Below, one piece after another: positions 1-9,197 of a stretch of DNA of 54,633 nt (positions are counted from its first letter, which is position 1; every line of letters starts with the position of its first letter). Both the position numbers and the translations under genes were made by a program. This DNA is from a virus (taxonomy: Duplodnaviria > Caudoviricetes): IMG/VR virus record IMGVR_UViG_3300046171_000030, positions 1 to 54,633 of that record, one strand, 5' to 3'. The notes below the pieces were generated by a model. That model had not been told where the DNA came from. It did no database searches and saw nothing but the letters and a program-made list of their open reading frames with translations.

Positions 1-34
1 CTGCAAGGTTTGGCCCCGGTTCAAAGAAAAACAA

Positions 35-439
35 ATGACACGTAGCATAGGCAAGTGGAAGCTACCACAGCCAACAGACATTAAAGAAGAAAATGAATGG
101 GTAGCTATCCCACGTATTGCACGTACAGTACCCTTCGGATATGAACAGGATGACGAAGACCCCGACATTCTTCAACCTATCCAAATTGAATTGGACTTGT
201 TAGAGAAGGCTAGATCACACGTAAATCAGTACAGCTATCGTGAGGTAGCCAATTGGTTGAGTACACAGACTGGCAGATACATCTCGCATGTAGGTTTAAG
301 GAAACGGTTAGCTAATGAACGACAGCGTAAGAACCAAGCTGCAAGCCTCCGCAAGTGGGCAGAATATGCGGAAAAGGCAATCGCCAAAGCGGAAGAAATC
401 AGTAACCAAAGGACAGGCTCAAAAGCCAGCAGCGGTTAA
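35..439 (+). CDS. Hypothetical DNA-binding protein upstream of TerL (PFGY + helical/HTH-like segment)
   Basis: 134 aa ORF; VPFGY and SYREVANWL resemble the DNA-binding part of recombinase-type domains; sits directly before TerL. Confidence 0.55.
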   Translation: MTRSIGKWKLPQPTDIKEENEWVAIPRIARTVPFGYEQDDEDPDILQPIQIELDLLEKARSHVNQYSYREVANWLSTQTGRYISHVGLRKRLANERQRKNQAASLRKWAEYAEKAIAKAEEISNQRTGSKASSG

Positions 440-1886
440 GATACAAGAAACTGTATCACCTGAATATGACAGCAGCGAGATAGAACAACATGCTAATGTA
501 CTGTTTAAGCCTAATGACGGGCCGCAGACAGAGTTTCTAGCGGCAGCTGAACGTGAGGTATTATATGGTGGTTCAGCAGGTGGTGGTAAGTCATACGCCA
601 TGCTTGCTGACCCACTACGTTACATGGGGCATCCACAGTTTAGTGGATTGCTACTGCGACACACAACAGAAGAACTACGAGAACTGATTTTTAAGTCGCA
701 GGAGTTGTACCCAAAAATCTGGCCCGGTATTAAGTGGTCAGAAAGAAAAATGCAGTGGACTGCGCCATCTGGTGCAAGGTTGTGGATGTCGTATCTCGAC
801 AGAGATGATGATGTCTTGCGTTATCAGGGTCTAGCATTTAGCTGGATAGGCTTTGACGAACTGACACAATGGGCCACACCATATGCATGGAATTACATGC
901 GAAGTCGTCTTAGGTCCACTGCACCAGACTTGCCTATATTTATGAGGGCTACGACCAACCCCGGCGGTAGAGGTCATCACTGGGTTAAGAAAATGTTTAT
1001 TGACCCTTCGCCATATAACAGAGCCTTCGATGCAACAGATATTGAAACAACCGAAGTCTTGCGATACCCCGCAGGACATAGCAAGGCTGGAAAGTCTTTA
1101 TTCAAAAGAAGATTTATACCAGCAAGACTTTCTGATAACCCATACCTTTCGGAAGCAGGCGATTACGAAGCCATGCTCCTATCATTACCAGAGCAGCAGC
1201 GAAGACAGCTTCTTGAAGGTGATTGGGATATCAAAGAAGGTGCTGCCTTTACTGAGTTTGATAGGCGTGTTCATGTTGTTGAGCCTTACAATATTCCTAG
1301 TAATTGGGTTAAGTTTAGGGCTTGCGACTATGGCTACGGTAGCTACAGCGGCGTTGTTTGGTTTGCCGTTGCGCCTAATGAGCAACTTATCGTATATAGA
1401 GAACTATACGTTTCTAAAGTCCTTGCCACAGATTTGGCAGATATGATTCTGGACTTAGAGGCAGAAGACGGTAATATAAAGTATGGTGTTCTGGATAGTT
1501 CTCTTTGGCATAAGCGTGGCGATACTGGACCATCACTAGCAGAGCAAATGATTAGTAAGGGTTGTCGTTGGCGACCATCAGATAGAAGTAGGGGAAGCCG
1601 TGTAGCTGGTAAGAACGAGATACACAGGCGTTTGCAGATAGACGAATTTACAGAGGAGCCTAGACTTGTTTTCTTTAATACTTGCACAAACCTCACGGCC
1701 CAACTTCCCTCAATACCGTTGGACAAGAAAAACCCAGAAGACATTGATACAAAGAGTGAAGACCACTTGTATGACGCTCTTAGATATGGTATAATGTCCA
1801 GACCAAGATTTAGTATATTTGATTACGACCCTACGGGTAGACCCGGTGGCGGTATGCGGGTAGCAGACGCAACCTTTGGATACTAA
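315..1886 (+). CDS. terL: Terminase large subunit (start uncertain)
   Basis: Walker A YGGSAGGGKS, Walker B FDELTQW, ATTNPGG coupling motif, nuclease DYGY and DHLYDALRY; precedes portal. Confidence 0.95.
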   Translation: MNDSVRTKLQASASGQNMRKRQSPKRKKSVTKGQAQKPAAVKIQETVSPEYDSSEIEQHANVLFKPNDGPQTEFLAAAEREVLYGGSAGGGKSYAMLADPLRYMGHPQFSGLLLRHTTEELRELIFKSQELYPKIWPGIKWSERKMQWTAPSGARLWMSYLDRDDDVLRYQGLAFSWIGFDELTQWATPYAWNYMRSRLRSTAPDLPIFMRATTNPGGRGHHWVKKMFIDPSPYNRAFDATDIETTEVLRYPAGHSKAGKSLFKRRFIPARLSDNPYLSEAGDYEAMLLSLPEQQRRQLLEGDWDIKEGAAFTEFDRRVHVVEPYNIPSNWVKFRACDYGYGSYSGVVWFAVAPNEQLIVYRELYVSKVLATDLADMILDLEAEDGNIKYGVLDSSLWHKRGDTGPSLAEQMISKGCRWRPSDRSRGSRVAGKNEIHRRLQIDEFTEEPRLVFFNTCTNLTAQLPSIPLDKKNPEDIDTKSEDHLYDALRYGIMSRPRFSIFDYDPTGRPGGGMRVADATFGY

Positions 1887-1897
1887 GGAAAAATAAT

Positions 1898-4036
1898 ATG
1901 AACGAAGATGAAATTATGATTGAAGACGATGCTATTGCACTAGAAGATAGTGACGATACTTCTATCTCTGACGTAGATGTAACTAATATTATTCCTTTTA
2001 TTATGGAACGCTATAAGCGGTCTGAAGATTATAGGTATCAGGACGAAGAACGCTGGCTTAAAGCCTACCGCAATTATCGTGGTTTATACGGACCTGATGT
2101 TCAATTTACCGAATCAGAAAAATCTCGTGTCTTTATTAAAGTCACAAAAACTAAAACGCTGGCTGCTTACGGACAAATTGTTGATGTCTTGTTTGCAAAC
2201 CAGCGTTTTCCTTTATCTGTCGAACCTACGGAGTTACCTGAAGGTGTGGTTGCTGATGTACACTTTGATCCACAGGAACCAGAGCAGCTTCGTGAAAGCC
2301 AAAATACAAGCCCTTATGGTTTTGCGGGTGATGGACAAGATTTACCGCCGGGTGCTACAGCACAAACACTACAAGAAAAACTTGGTGTTATGCAGAATAA
2401 ACTTGAGCCTATTTCTGATAAACTGAAAGAAGGGCCGGGTAAAACACCAACAGCTATTGCATTTAGCCCAGCTATGATTGCTGCAAAAAAGATGCAAAAG
2501 AAAATCCATGACCAGCTAGAAGAATCAGGTGCTACTAAACATCTGCGCAATGCTGCATTTGAAATGGCACTTTTTGGTACTGGTGTAATGAAAGGTCCGT
2601 TTGCCGTAGACAAAGAATATCCTAATTGGGATGAAGACGGTAACTATGATCCGCTGTTTAAAACAATCCCCCAAGTAAATCACGTATCTGTTTGGAACTT
2701 CTACCCAGATCCAGATGCAAACAACATGGATGAAGCACAGTTTGTGATTGAGCGTCACAAGATGTCACGGACGCAATTACGTAATTTGAAGAAGCGTCCA
2801 TACTTCCGTGGTGAAGTTATTAATGAAGTAATTGGCATGGGCGAAAACTATGTTAAAAAGTACTGGGAAGATGACTTGTCTGACTATGCACCAGAGCATG
2901 GTGTAGATCGTTTTGAGGTACTTGAGTATTGGGGCATGGTTGATGTTGAGTTGCTCGAAGAGCAGAACATTGACATTCCAAAAGAACTACGTGACTTTGA
3001 CGAACTACAAGCTAACGTATGGATTTGTAACGGACGTTTGTTGCGCATGGTGCTTAATCCATTTAAGCCATCTAAAATTCCATACTCTGCTTCTCCATAT
3101 GAGTTAAACCCATACTCATTCTTTGGCGTTGGTATCGCAGAAAACATGGACGATACGCAGACATTGATGAATGGCTTTATGCGTATGGCTGTTGATAATG
3201 CCGTACTGTCTGGCAACTTGATTGTGGAAGTAGATGAAACAAACCTAGTGCCGGGGCAAGACTTATCTCTATATCCGGGCAAGGTGTTCCGAAGACAAGG
3301 TGGCGCACCGGGTCAAGCTATCTTCGGTACTAAGTTCCCTAACGTATCGCAAGAAAACATGATGTTGTTTGACAAGGCACGTGTACTTGCAGATGAAAGC
3401 ACAGGCTTCCCATCATTTGCACATGGACAGACAGGTGTGTCTGGTGTAGGCCGTACTGCTAGTGGTATCTCAATGCTTATGGGTGCTGCGCAAGGTAGCA
3501 CTAAAACAATCATTAAAAATGTAGACGACTATTTATTACGTCCACTTGGTGAAGGCTTCTTCCGCTTTAATATGCAGTTTGACTTTGATCCTGAGATCAA
3601 GGGCGACTTGGAAGTTAAGGCACGTGGTACGGAAAGCCTAATGGCTAACGAAGTGCGTAGTCAGCGTTTGATGCAGTTCTTGCAGATTGCAAGTAATCCT
3701 GCACTCGCACCCTTTGCTAAGTTCCAGTATGTAATCCGTGAGATTGCAAAATCTATGGAACTAGACCCCGACAAAGTTACCAACAATATGGACGAAGCTG
3801 CACTGCAAGCAGAGATTATGAAGGGCTTCCAGCAGCCAATGCAACCAGAGCAAGGTGGAATGACACCACCACCGGGTGCTAATGCTATGGACCCAACAGG
3901 TGCAGGTGGTGGCAATATAGGTACTGGGCAGGTTCCTGTACCGGGTGAACAAGGATTTAGTGCGAATGGACAAGGAAATACTCAGCAAGCTGAAGCCGCT
4001 GGTGGGCAACAACCGCCAATGGGTCCACTTCAGTAA
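1898..4036 (+). CDS. Portal protein
   Basis: 712 aa right after TerL; FGTGVMKG, RTASGISML motifs typical of podovirus portals; RBS AAGGA upstream. Confidence 0.9.
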   Translation: MNEDEIMIEDDAIALEDSDDTSISDVDVTNIIPFIMERYKRSEDYRYQDEERWLKAYRNYRGLYGPDVQFTESEKSRVFIKVTKTKTLAAYGQIVDVLFANQRFPLSVEPTELPEGVVADVHFDPQEPEQLRESQNTSPYGFAGDGQDLPPGATAQTLQEKLGVMQNKLEPISDKLKEGPGKTPTAIAFSPAMIAAKKMQKKIHDQLEESGATKHLRNAAFEMALFGTGVMKGPFAVDKEYPNWDEDGNYDPLFKTIPQVNHVSVWNFYPDPDANNMDEAQFVIERHKMSRTQLRNLKKRPYFRGEVINEVIGMGENYVKKYWEDDLSDYAPEHGVDRFEVLEYWGMVDVELLEEQNIDIPKELRDFDELQANVWICNGRLLRMVLNPFKPSKIPYSASPYELNPYSFFGVGIAENMDDTQTLMNGFMRMAVDNAVLSGNLIVEVDETNLVPGQDLSLYPGKVFRRQGGAPGQAIFGTKFPNVSQENMMLFDKARVLADESTGFPSFAHGQTGVSGVGRTASGISMLMGAAQGSTKTIIKNVDDYLLRPLGEGFFRFNMQFDFDPEIKGDLEVKARGTESLMANEVRSQRLMQFLQIASNPALAPFAKFQYVIREIAKSMELDPDKVTNNMDEAALQAEIMKGFQQPMQPEQGGMTPPPGANAMDPTGAGGGNIGTGQVPVPGEQGFSANGQGNTQQAEAAGGQQPPMGPLQ

Positions 4037-4181
4037 TTACTTAGATGTGTTAATTGAGCAACATCATAAAACACTGGAACAGTCTGAAAACAAAATAACA
4101 TTACATAAGGCACAAGGTGCAATAGAAACATTGCGTAAGATTAAACGGTTACGTGAGGACGTATCAAAAGCTGAAGGATAA
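3966..4181 (+). CDS. Small hypothetical protein following portal
   Basis: ATG at 3966 after AAGGA; helical HKAQGAIETLRKIKRLRE segment. Confidence 0.65.
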   Translation: MDKEILSKLKPLVGNNRQWVHFSNYLDVLIEQHHKTLEQSENKITLHKAQGAIETLRKIKRLREDVSKAEG

Positions 4182-4185
4182 TACT

Positions 4186-6363
4186 ATGGCAAAACGTATG
4201 GCAAAACAAATGGAACTCTTTGAGCCTGTAGAACGTGGCTTTGATGAGGGTGGGCTTATGGAAGAAGGTGGTATGGTTGATGAGGTGTCTGGCAACGATG
4301 TACCGCCGGGATCACTGCGTACTGAAGTGCGTGATGACATTCCTGCTCAACTTAGCGAAGGTGAATTTGTTTTTCCTGCAGACGTAGTGCGTTATATTGG
4401 CCTTGAGAACTTGATGCGTATGCGTCAAGAAGCAAAGCAGGGCTTGGCACAGATGGAAGCTATGGGTCAGATGGGCAATAGTGAAGAAGCCACTATAGAA
4501 GATAATTTACCTTTTGACATGTATGACCTTGACGTAGATGATGAAGACGAGTATAATAATATGGCTGTAGGTGGTATGCCTACAAAAGACCAAACAAGAC
4601 AAGCCTTTCAATTAGGTGGAACTGTTCAGCTGCCCGGTTTTACAGGTGTGCAAACTACCCAACCAACTGCTCCAACTACAGGTTACAGACCTTATGTAGA
4701 ACCTGTACAAGCTGCTTCTAGTCAGTTTATTCCTCAGTTTACAGGTGTGCAGTATACTACAGCCACGGGAACAACCAATATTCCTACTTTCGCTGAAACT
4801 GTAGGTAGAAATCCCGGTCAGTATGATGAACTTAGAACATATGTAAATGATGCGGGGCAGATACTACGGATACCTTTTAAAAACGGTCAGCCTATTTATC
4901 CAATCCCATATGGCTATAAATACCAAGCAGAAGAAGCGGTAACACCAACAGATACAACTACAGTGCCTACAACGGTAGCTGGGCAAGATGATAGTGGCGG
5001 TGATGGTTCAGATGCAATATCTGGTAGAGTAGCAACAACACTAGGTACAAATCCTGCTATTGGTGTATCTGTACCTACGGGCGGTGCAGTCAGTCAAGCA
5101 GATAAAGATGCATTTGGTGGTAATGTTGGTGCTTATAAAAATACGGACTACCGTAGTGCCGTTATAGATTTAGCTGGTTATCAATTAGGTTCGTTATCTC
5201 CAACTGCGGCTCTAGCTAATCAAATGGGTAAAAATTTCGGATTAACACAATCCGGTAATTTTAATGAAATTGGCACAGCTATGAATCAAGCCCGTAATGA
5301 AGCATTGTCTGCATTAGGTCTTGCTAATATGGGACAAGTAACTACAGATGCGCAGTATTCTGCTATAGCAGATTCTATGATTGCCGCAAAAGAAGCAGCT
5401 AAAAAAGGTAATTTTGCTTACGCTACAGTAACTAGAGATGCATTAGCAAAACATCAAGATGCAATTAAAGCTGGTCAAGTTGCTGCGATGACGGAATTAG
5501 GATATAAGTCAACTGATATTAATAATCCTGTTGCAGTAGCGCGGGCTATGGCATCTTACGATACTCAGATAGGCCAATTAAGTGGAGAAATTGATGCTGC
5601 AACACAGTCTGGTGCTGTTACGTCAGCGGTAACCAATGAACCAGTAAGAGATAAAGACCAAAACCCTGTAATGACAGAAAAAGGACTTGCTAAAGTAAAT
5701 AACTTAAAAGAGATATTATCTGCTAAAAAGGCTAAAAAAGATTCATTGCTTTCAACGGAAGTAGGGAAAGCGGCAGCAGTATCGGCAGCGTTTGATGCGG
5801 CAGGTTATAATGAAGATGATGACCCCGGACAGAACGCACCTGCAGGTGGATACACAGGTAACGTGAGTGAAGACCCTGGATTTGACTCTGGTTTTTCAGA
5901 TGGCTCACAAGGTAGTGAATCTGGCGGCGGCTATGGCTCAGATAGTGGTGGCGTTGGTGGTGCAGGTGATATGGGCGTTATATGTCTAACTGAAGATATG
6001 AAAGTAAAATGCAACGGTATAGTTGACTTTGTAACCAGAGTACAAGTAGGTGACATCATAGACAACACAGTAGTTACAGAAGTATTACACAAGCATATGC
6101 GTGAAGGTTACTACAAAGTTAATGGCGAGTTGAAGATTACTAATGACCATCCTGTACTTGTTAACGGTTCATGGAAACGTACAGAAGACTTAGTGCTTGG
6201 CGACTACATTAATAATGTAGAAGTAACGTCACTTGAGTATGTAGAGCAAGTAACACCGACAGTTTATATTGGTACAGCGGATGACCGCTATGATGTGTAT
6301 ACAGAAGGTGAAGTCTACACAGTGCATGGACAATATAAAAATGCATTAAAGAAAGCTGCGTAA
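4186..6363 (+). CDS. Virion protein with N-terminal DDIPAQLSEGEFVF module, xxGG motifs and C-terminal Hint domain; candidate maturation protein
   Basis: Between portal and scaffold; ATG 4186 after AAGGA; Hint motifs CLTEDMKV, ITNDHPV, YTVH. Confidence 0.7.
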   Translation: MAKRMAKQMELFEPVERGFDEGGLMEEGGMVDEVSGNDVPPGSLRTEVRDDIPAQLSEGEFVFPADVVRYIGLENLMRMRQEAKQGLAQMEAMGQMGNSEEATIEDNLPFDMYDLDVDDEDEYNNMAVGGMPTKDQTRQAFQLGGTVQLPGFTGVQTTQPTAPTTGYRPYVEPVQAASSQFIPQFTGVQYTTATGTTNIPTFAETVGRNPGQYDELRTYVNDAGQILRIPFKNGQPIYPIPYGYKYQAEEAVTPTDTTTVPTTVAGQDDSGGDGSDAISGRVATTLGTNPAIGVSVPTGGAVSQADKDAFGGNVGAYKNTDYRSAVIDLAGYQLGSLSPTAALANQMGKNFGLTQSGNFNEIGTAMNQARNEALSALGLANMGQVTTDAQYSAIADSMIAAKEAAKKGNFAYATVTRDALAKHQDAIKAGQVAAMTELGYKSTDINNPVAVARAMASYDTQIGQLSGEIDAATQSGAVTSAVTNEPVRDKDQNPVMTEKGLAKVNNLKEILSAKKAKKDSLLSTEVGKAAAVSAAFDAAGYNEDDDPGQNAPAGGYTGNVSEDPGFDSGFSDGSQGSESGGGYGSDSGGVGGAGDMGVICLTEDMKVKCNGIVDFVTRVQVGDIIDNTVVTEVLHKHMREGYYKVNGELKITNDHPVLVNGSWKRTEDLVLGDYINNVEVTSLEYVEQVTPTVYIGTADDRYDVYTEGEVYTVHGQYKNALKKAA

Positions 6364-6388
6364 GAGGCTTACTTAAATCTTACAATTA

Positions 6389-6438
6389 GTTGGCTACTCA
6401 CTCCCCACGCCCGACAGTGTGGCTACAGTGGCCCCAAC
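6389..6438 (+). promoter_or_regulatory. Structured mRNA leader of scaffold gene (hairpin with two CUAC/CC internal loops)
   Basis: GUUGG-CUAC-UCACU-CC-CCACGC-loop-GUGUGG-CUAC-AGUGG-CC-CCAAC, immediately 5' of the AAGGA RBS. Confidence 0.65.
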
Positions 6439-6454
6439 AAAAGGAAATACAAAC

Positions 6455-7327
6455 ATGAACGATACAATTATGGCTGAAGAAATGCAGTCACCAAAGAAAG
6501 TTGCGTTTGCAAATCGTAAATACACTAACGAAGAAAAACGCAAGATGGAAGAAGAAGAATTAGAACAGTTGATGAAGGAACAAAAAGGTGAAGTAGAACA
6601 AGAAGCTGCTGAACCACAAGAAGCTGAACCTACAAACGCAGAAGAAAAAACATTTAAAAAGCGTTACTCTGACCTGCGCAGGCATCAACAGCAGCAAGCT
6701 GATGAGTTTAAGAAGGAAATTGAGGCATTAAAATCTCAACTAAGTCAGGCAGCACAGAAAGAAATGAAACTGCCTAAGTCTGACGAAGACATTGAACAGT
6801 GGGCGGCAGACTACCCAGATGTAGCAGCCATTGTTGAAACAATTGCAATGAAGAAAGCACGTGAACAAGCTACTGCGCTTGAAGAACGCTTTAAAGCAGT
6901 TGATGAGATGCAGTACAGTGCCAAGAAAGAAAAAGCTGAAGCTGAACTAATGCGACTGCATCCTGACTTTGATGAGATTCGTGACAGTGATGACTTCCAC
7001 AATTGGGCAGATGATCAACCTAAGTGGGTACAAGATGCACTGTATGACAATGACAATGATGCACGTTCCGCTGCTAGAGCAATTGATTTGTATAAGGCTG
7101 ACATGGGTATTGCTAAAAGCAAACCTGCTAAAGATAAAGATGCAGCTAAGTCAGTATCTACAAAGAACTCAAGAAGTAGGCCACAAGACGATGAGTCTTC
7201 GACTTACTTAAAGGAATCACAAGTACAAAAGATGTCACCTCAACAGTATGAGAAGATGTCTGACGAGATCATGGAAGCTATCCGTAGTGGTAAGTTTATC
7301 TATGATGTATCTGGCTCCGCTAGATAA
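6455..7327 (+). CDS. Capsid scaffolding protein
   Basis: Acidic coiled-coil protein directly upstream of MCP; FKKRYSDLRRH, HPDFDEI, C-terminal EIMEAIRSGK. Confidence 0.8.
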   Translation: MNDTIMAEEMQSPKKVAFANRKYTNEEKRKMEEEELEQLMKEQKGEVEQEAAEPQEAEPTNAEEKTFKKRYSDLRRHQQQQADEFKKEIEALKSQLSQAAQKEMKLPKSDEDIEQWAADYPDVAAIVETIAMKKAREQATALEERFKAVDEMQYSAKKEKAEAELMRLHPDFDEIRDSDDFHNWADDQPKWVQDALYDNDNDARSAARAIDLYKADMGIAKSKPAKDKDAAKSVSTKNSRSRPQDDESSTYLKESQVQKMSPQQYEKMSDEIMEAIRSGKFIYDVSGSAR

Positions 7328-7341
7328 TATATAAAAAAGTG

Positions 7342-7369
7342 TTGACAAATAGTTATTTTTACGTATAAC
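7342..7369 (+). promoter_or_regulatory. Sigma70-like promoter for capsid operon
   Basis: TTGACA-N16-TATAAC. Confidence 0.6.
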
Positions 7370-7382
7370 TATAGTCAGATTA

Positions 7383-7519
7383 GTGTAACTGTATTGCGCA
7401 ATATGGTTACACGACAATTCGCAAACAGCAAAGTCTTACGGATTACCTGAAGAACATGGCCCGTTGAATAGTAGGGCGGCCACCTTACTAAAATACGCAC
7501 CCAAGTGAATCAGCCTCTG
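7383..7519 (+). promoter_or_regulatory. Structured 5' leader of major capsid gene
   Basis: Hairpin 7383-7412 (with two G-U pairs) and long stem 7439-7519 with UUAC/CC and CC/CAC internal loops. Confidence 0.55.
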
Positions 7520-7573
7520 ATTAGTCTTGTGAGTTTGTATCTGTGAAATGCTATAAAATTAGGAGAAAATATC

Positions 7574-8635
7574 ATGGCTTTTACTACCGCAGCCGGGTAT
7601 GGTAACCTTCCTAACGGCAATTTTAGCCCAGTAATTTACAGCAAACAGGTGCAGCTTGCGTTCCGCAAGTCAGCTGTTGCTGAAGCTATCTCAAATTCCG
7701 ACTACTTCGGTGAGATTGCTAACATGGGCGATTCCGTGAAGATTATCAAGGAACCCGAAATCACAGTCAAGGCTTACGCCCGTGGTACAACCATCACGCC
7801 GCAAGACATTGACGATGAAGACTTCAACCTGACCATCGACAAAGCTAACTACTTTGCGTTCAAGGTTGATGACATTGAAGAGGCACACTCACACGTTAAC
7901 TTCCAGTCACTGGCAAGTGATCGTGCGGCGTATCGCCTTTCTGACCAGTTTGACCAAGATGTTCTTGGCTACTTGTCAGGTTACACTCAGTCTGCTTTAC
8001 ATGCAAATGCTGATACAGTAAACACAACTGTTAATGGTTCTGTAGCTGTTTCAACTGCTGGTACAGACGAATTGCTTGCCAGCATGAAGCTGGACGCAAC
8101 TGACTTTGCTGGCACAGGTGTTGCTGGTCAGTCAATCTCAATCCTGCCACGTACAGGTGCAGGTGCCGTTCCAACTGGTAACGGTGAAGCCAACCCACTT
8201 CAAATCGTTGCTCGTATGTCACGTCTGCTAGACCAGCAGAATGTAGACACACAAGGACGTTGGTTGGTTGTTGATCCTGTATTCATGGAAGTACTGAAAG
8301 ATGAAGATTCACGTCTTCTGGATGCAGACTTCGGTGGTTCAGGTCTGCAGAATGGTCTGGTGTTGAACAGCTTGCACGGCTTCCGTGTATACGTTTCAAA
8401 CAACCTGCCATCAATTGGTACTGGTGCTTCAACAACTGGTGGCATGAACGCTGATAACTTTGGCGTAATTGTTGCTGGTCATGATTCAGCTGTTGCTACT
8501 GCAGAGCAGATCAACAAGACTGAAACTTACCGTGACCCTGACAGCTTTGCTGACATTGTTCGTGGTATGCATTTGTATGGTCGCAAGATTCTTCGTCCTG
8601 AAGGTCTTGTTAACGCCATCTACAACTTGGCTTAA
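7574..8635 (+). CDS. Major capsid protein
   Basis: 353 aa after scaffold; AGGAG RBS; GDSVKIIKEP, FAFKVDDIE, DIVRGMHLYG motifs of podovirus coat proteins. Confidence 0.93.
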   Translation: MAFTTAAGYGNLPNGNFSPVIYSKQVQLAFRKSAVAEAISNSDYFGEIANMGDSVKIIKEPEITVKAYARGTTITPQDIDDEDFNLTIDKANYFAFKVDDIEEAHSHVNFQSLASDRAAYRLSDQFDQDVLGYLSGYTQSALHANADTVNTTVNGSVAVSTAGTDELLASMKLDATDFAGTGVAGQSISILPRTGAGAVPTGNGEANPLQIVARMSRLLDQQNVDTQGRWLVVDPVFMEVLKDEDSRLLDADFGGSGLQNGLVLNSLHGFRVYVSNNLPSIGTGASTTGGMNADNFGVIVAGHDSAVATAEQINKTETYRDPDSFADIVRGMHLYGRKILRPEGLVNAIYNLA

Positions 8636-8649
8636 GGGGGGATTAAGAC

Positions 8650-9129
8650 ATGCCTAACATTACCGCACTTCTTCATCCCGCTTCAGGGAACTCACAGCGT
8701 GGACGTAACCCGTACTACGTTGATGTGACAATTGACCTGACCACAAATAGCATTGCTCCCGGCGATACTATTCAGGCAATTACCGTACCTGCTAACACTC
8801 TGATTATGGGTGCTGGCTTCCAAGTTGTTGAATCTGCTACCATGAATACAGGTACAGATGCTACTGCTGCTCTTGGCTTCACTGCTGGTGACGTTGACGA
8901 GTTTGCTGTAGCACTCGACATTGACGGTGCATCAGACGGAGATTACGCTCCGCAGGTTGCAATTGATGGACTAGCACTCTCTACATCTGGTGACACAATT
9001 GACTTTGTGTTGGCAGGTAGTGGTGCATCATTTACGGCTGGTAAGCTACGTGCTTACGCCATTATGATGGACATCAGCGATCAGGGTGATACGACTGCTA
9101 ACGAAGTAGACCGTGACACTCTTGCTTAA
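8650..9129 (+). CDS. Putative capsid decoration/minor capsid protein
   Basis: 159 aa beta-rich protein directly after MCP, followed by hairpin. Confidence 0.6.
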   Translation: MPNITALLHPASGNSQRGRNPYYVDVTIDLTTNSIAPGDTIQAITVPANTLIMGAGFQVVESATMNTGTDATAALGFTAGDVDEFAVALDIDGASDGDYAPQVAIDGLALSTSGDTIDFVLAGSGASFTAGKLRAYAIMMDISDQGDTTANEVDRDTLA

Positions 9130-9139
9130 CTAATGTGTT

Positions 9140-9161
9140 GGGGGCAGGGCAACTTGCCCCC
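9140..9161 (+). terminator. GC-rich hairpin after capsid genes (terminator or mRNA stabiliser)
   Basis: GGGGGCAGG-GCAA-CTTGCCCCC with GNRA loop; weak U-tract. Confidence 0.55.
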
Positions 9162-9197
9162 GCACTTCTATGAGATTTAATAAAGGACGCACAAATC

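Noticed and set aside
5983-6363. Canonical splicing intein
   Set aside because: No terminal Asn or +1 nucleophile, no endonuclease, only a 10-aa tail
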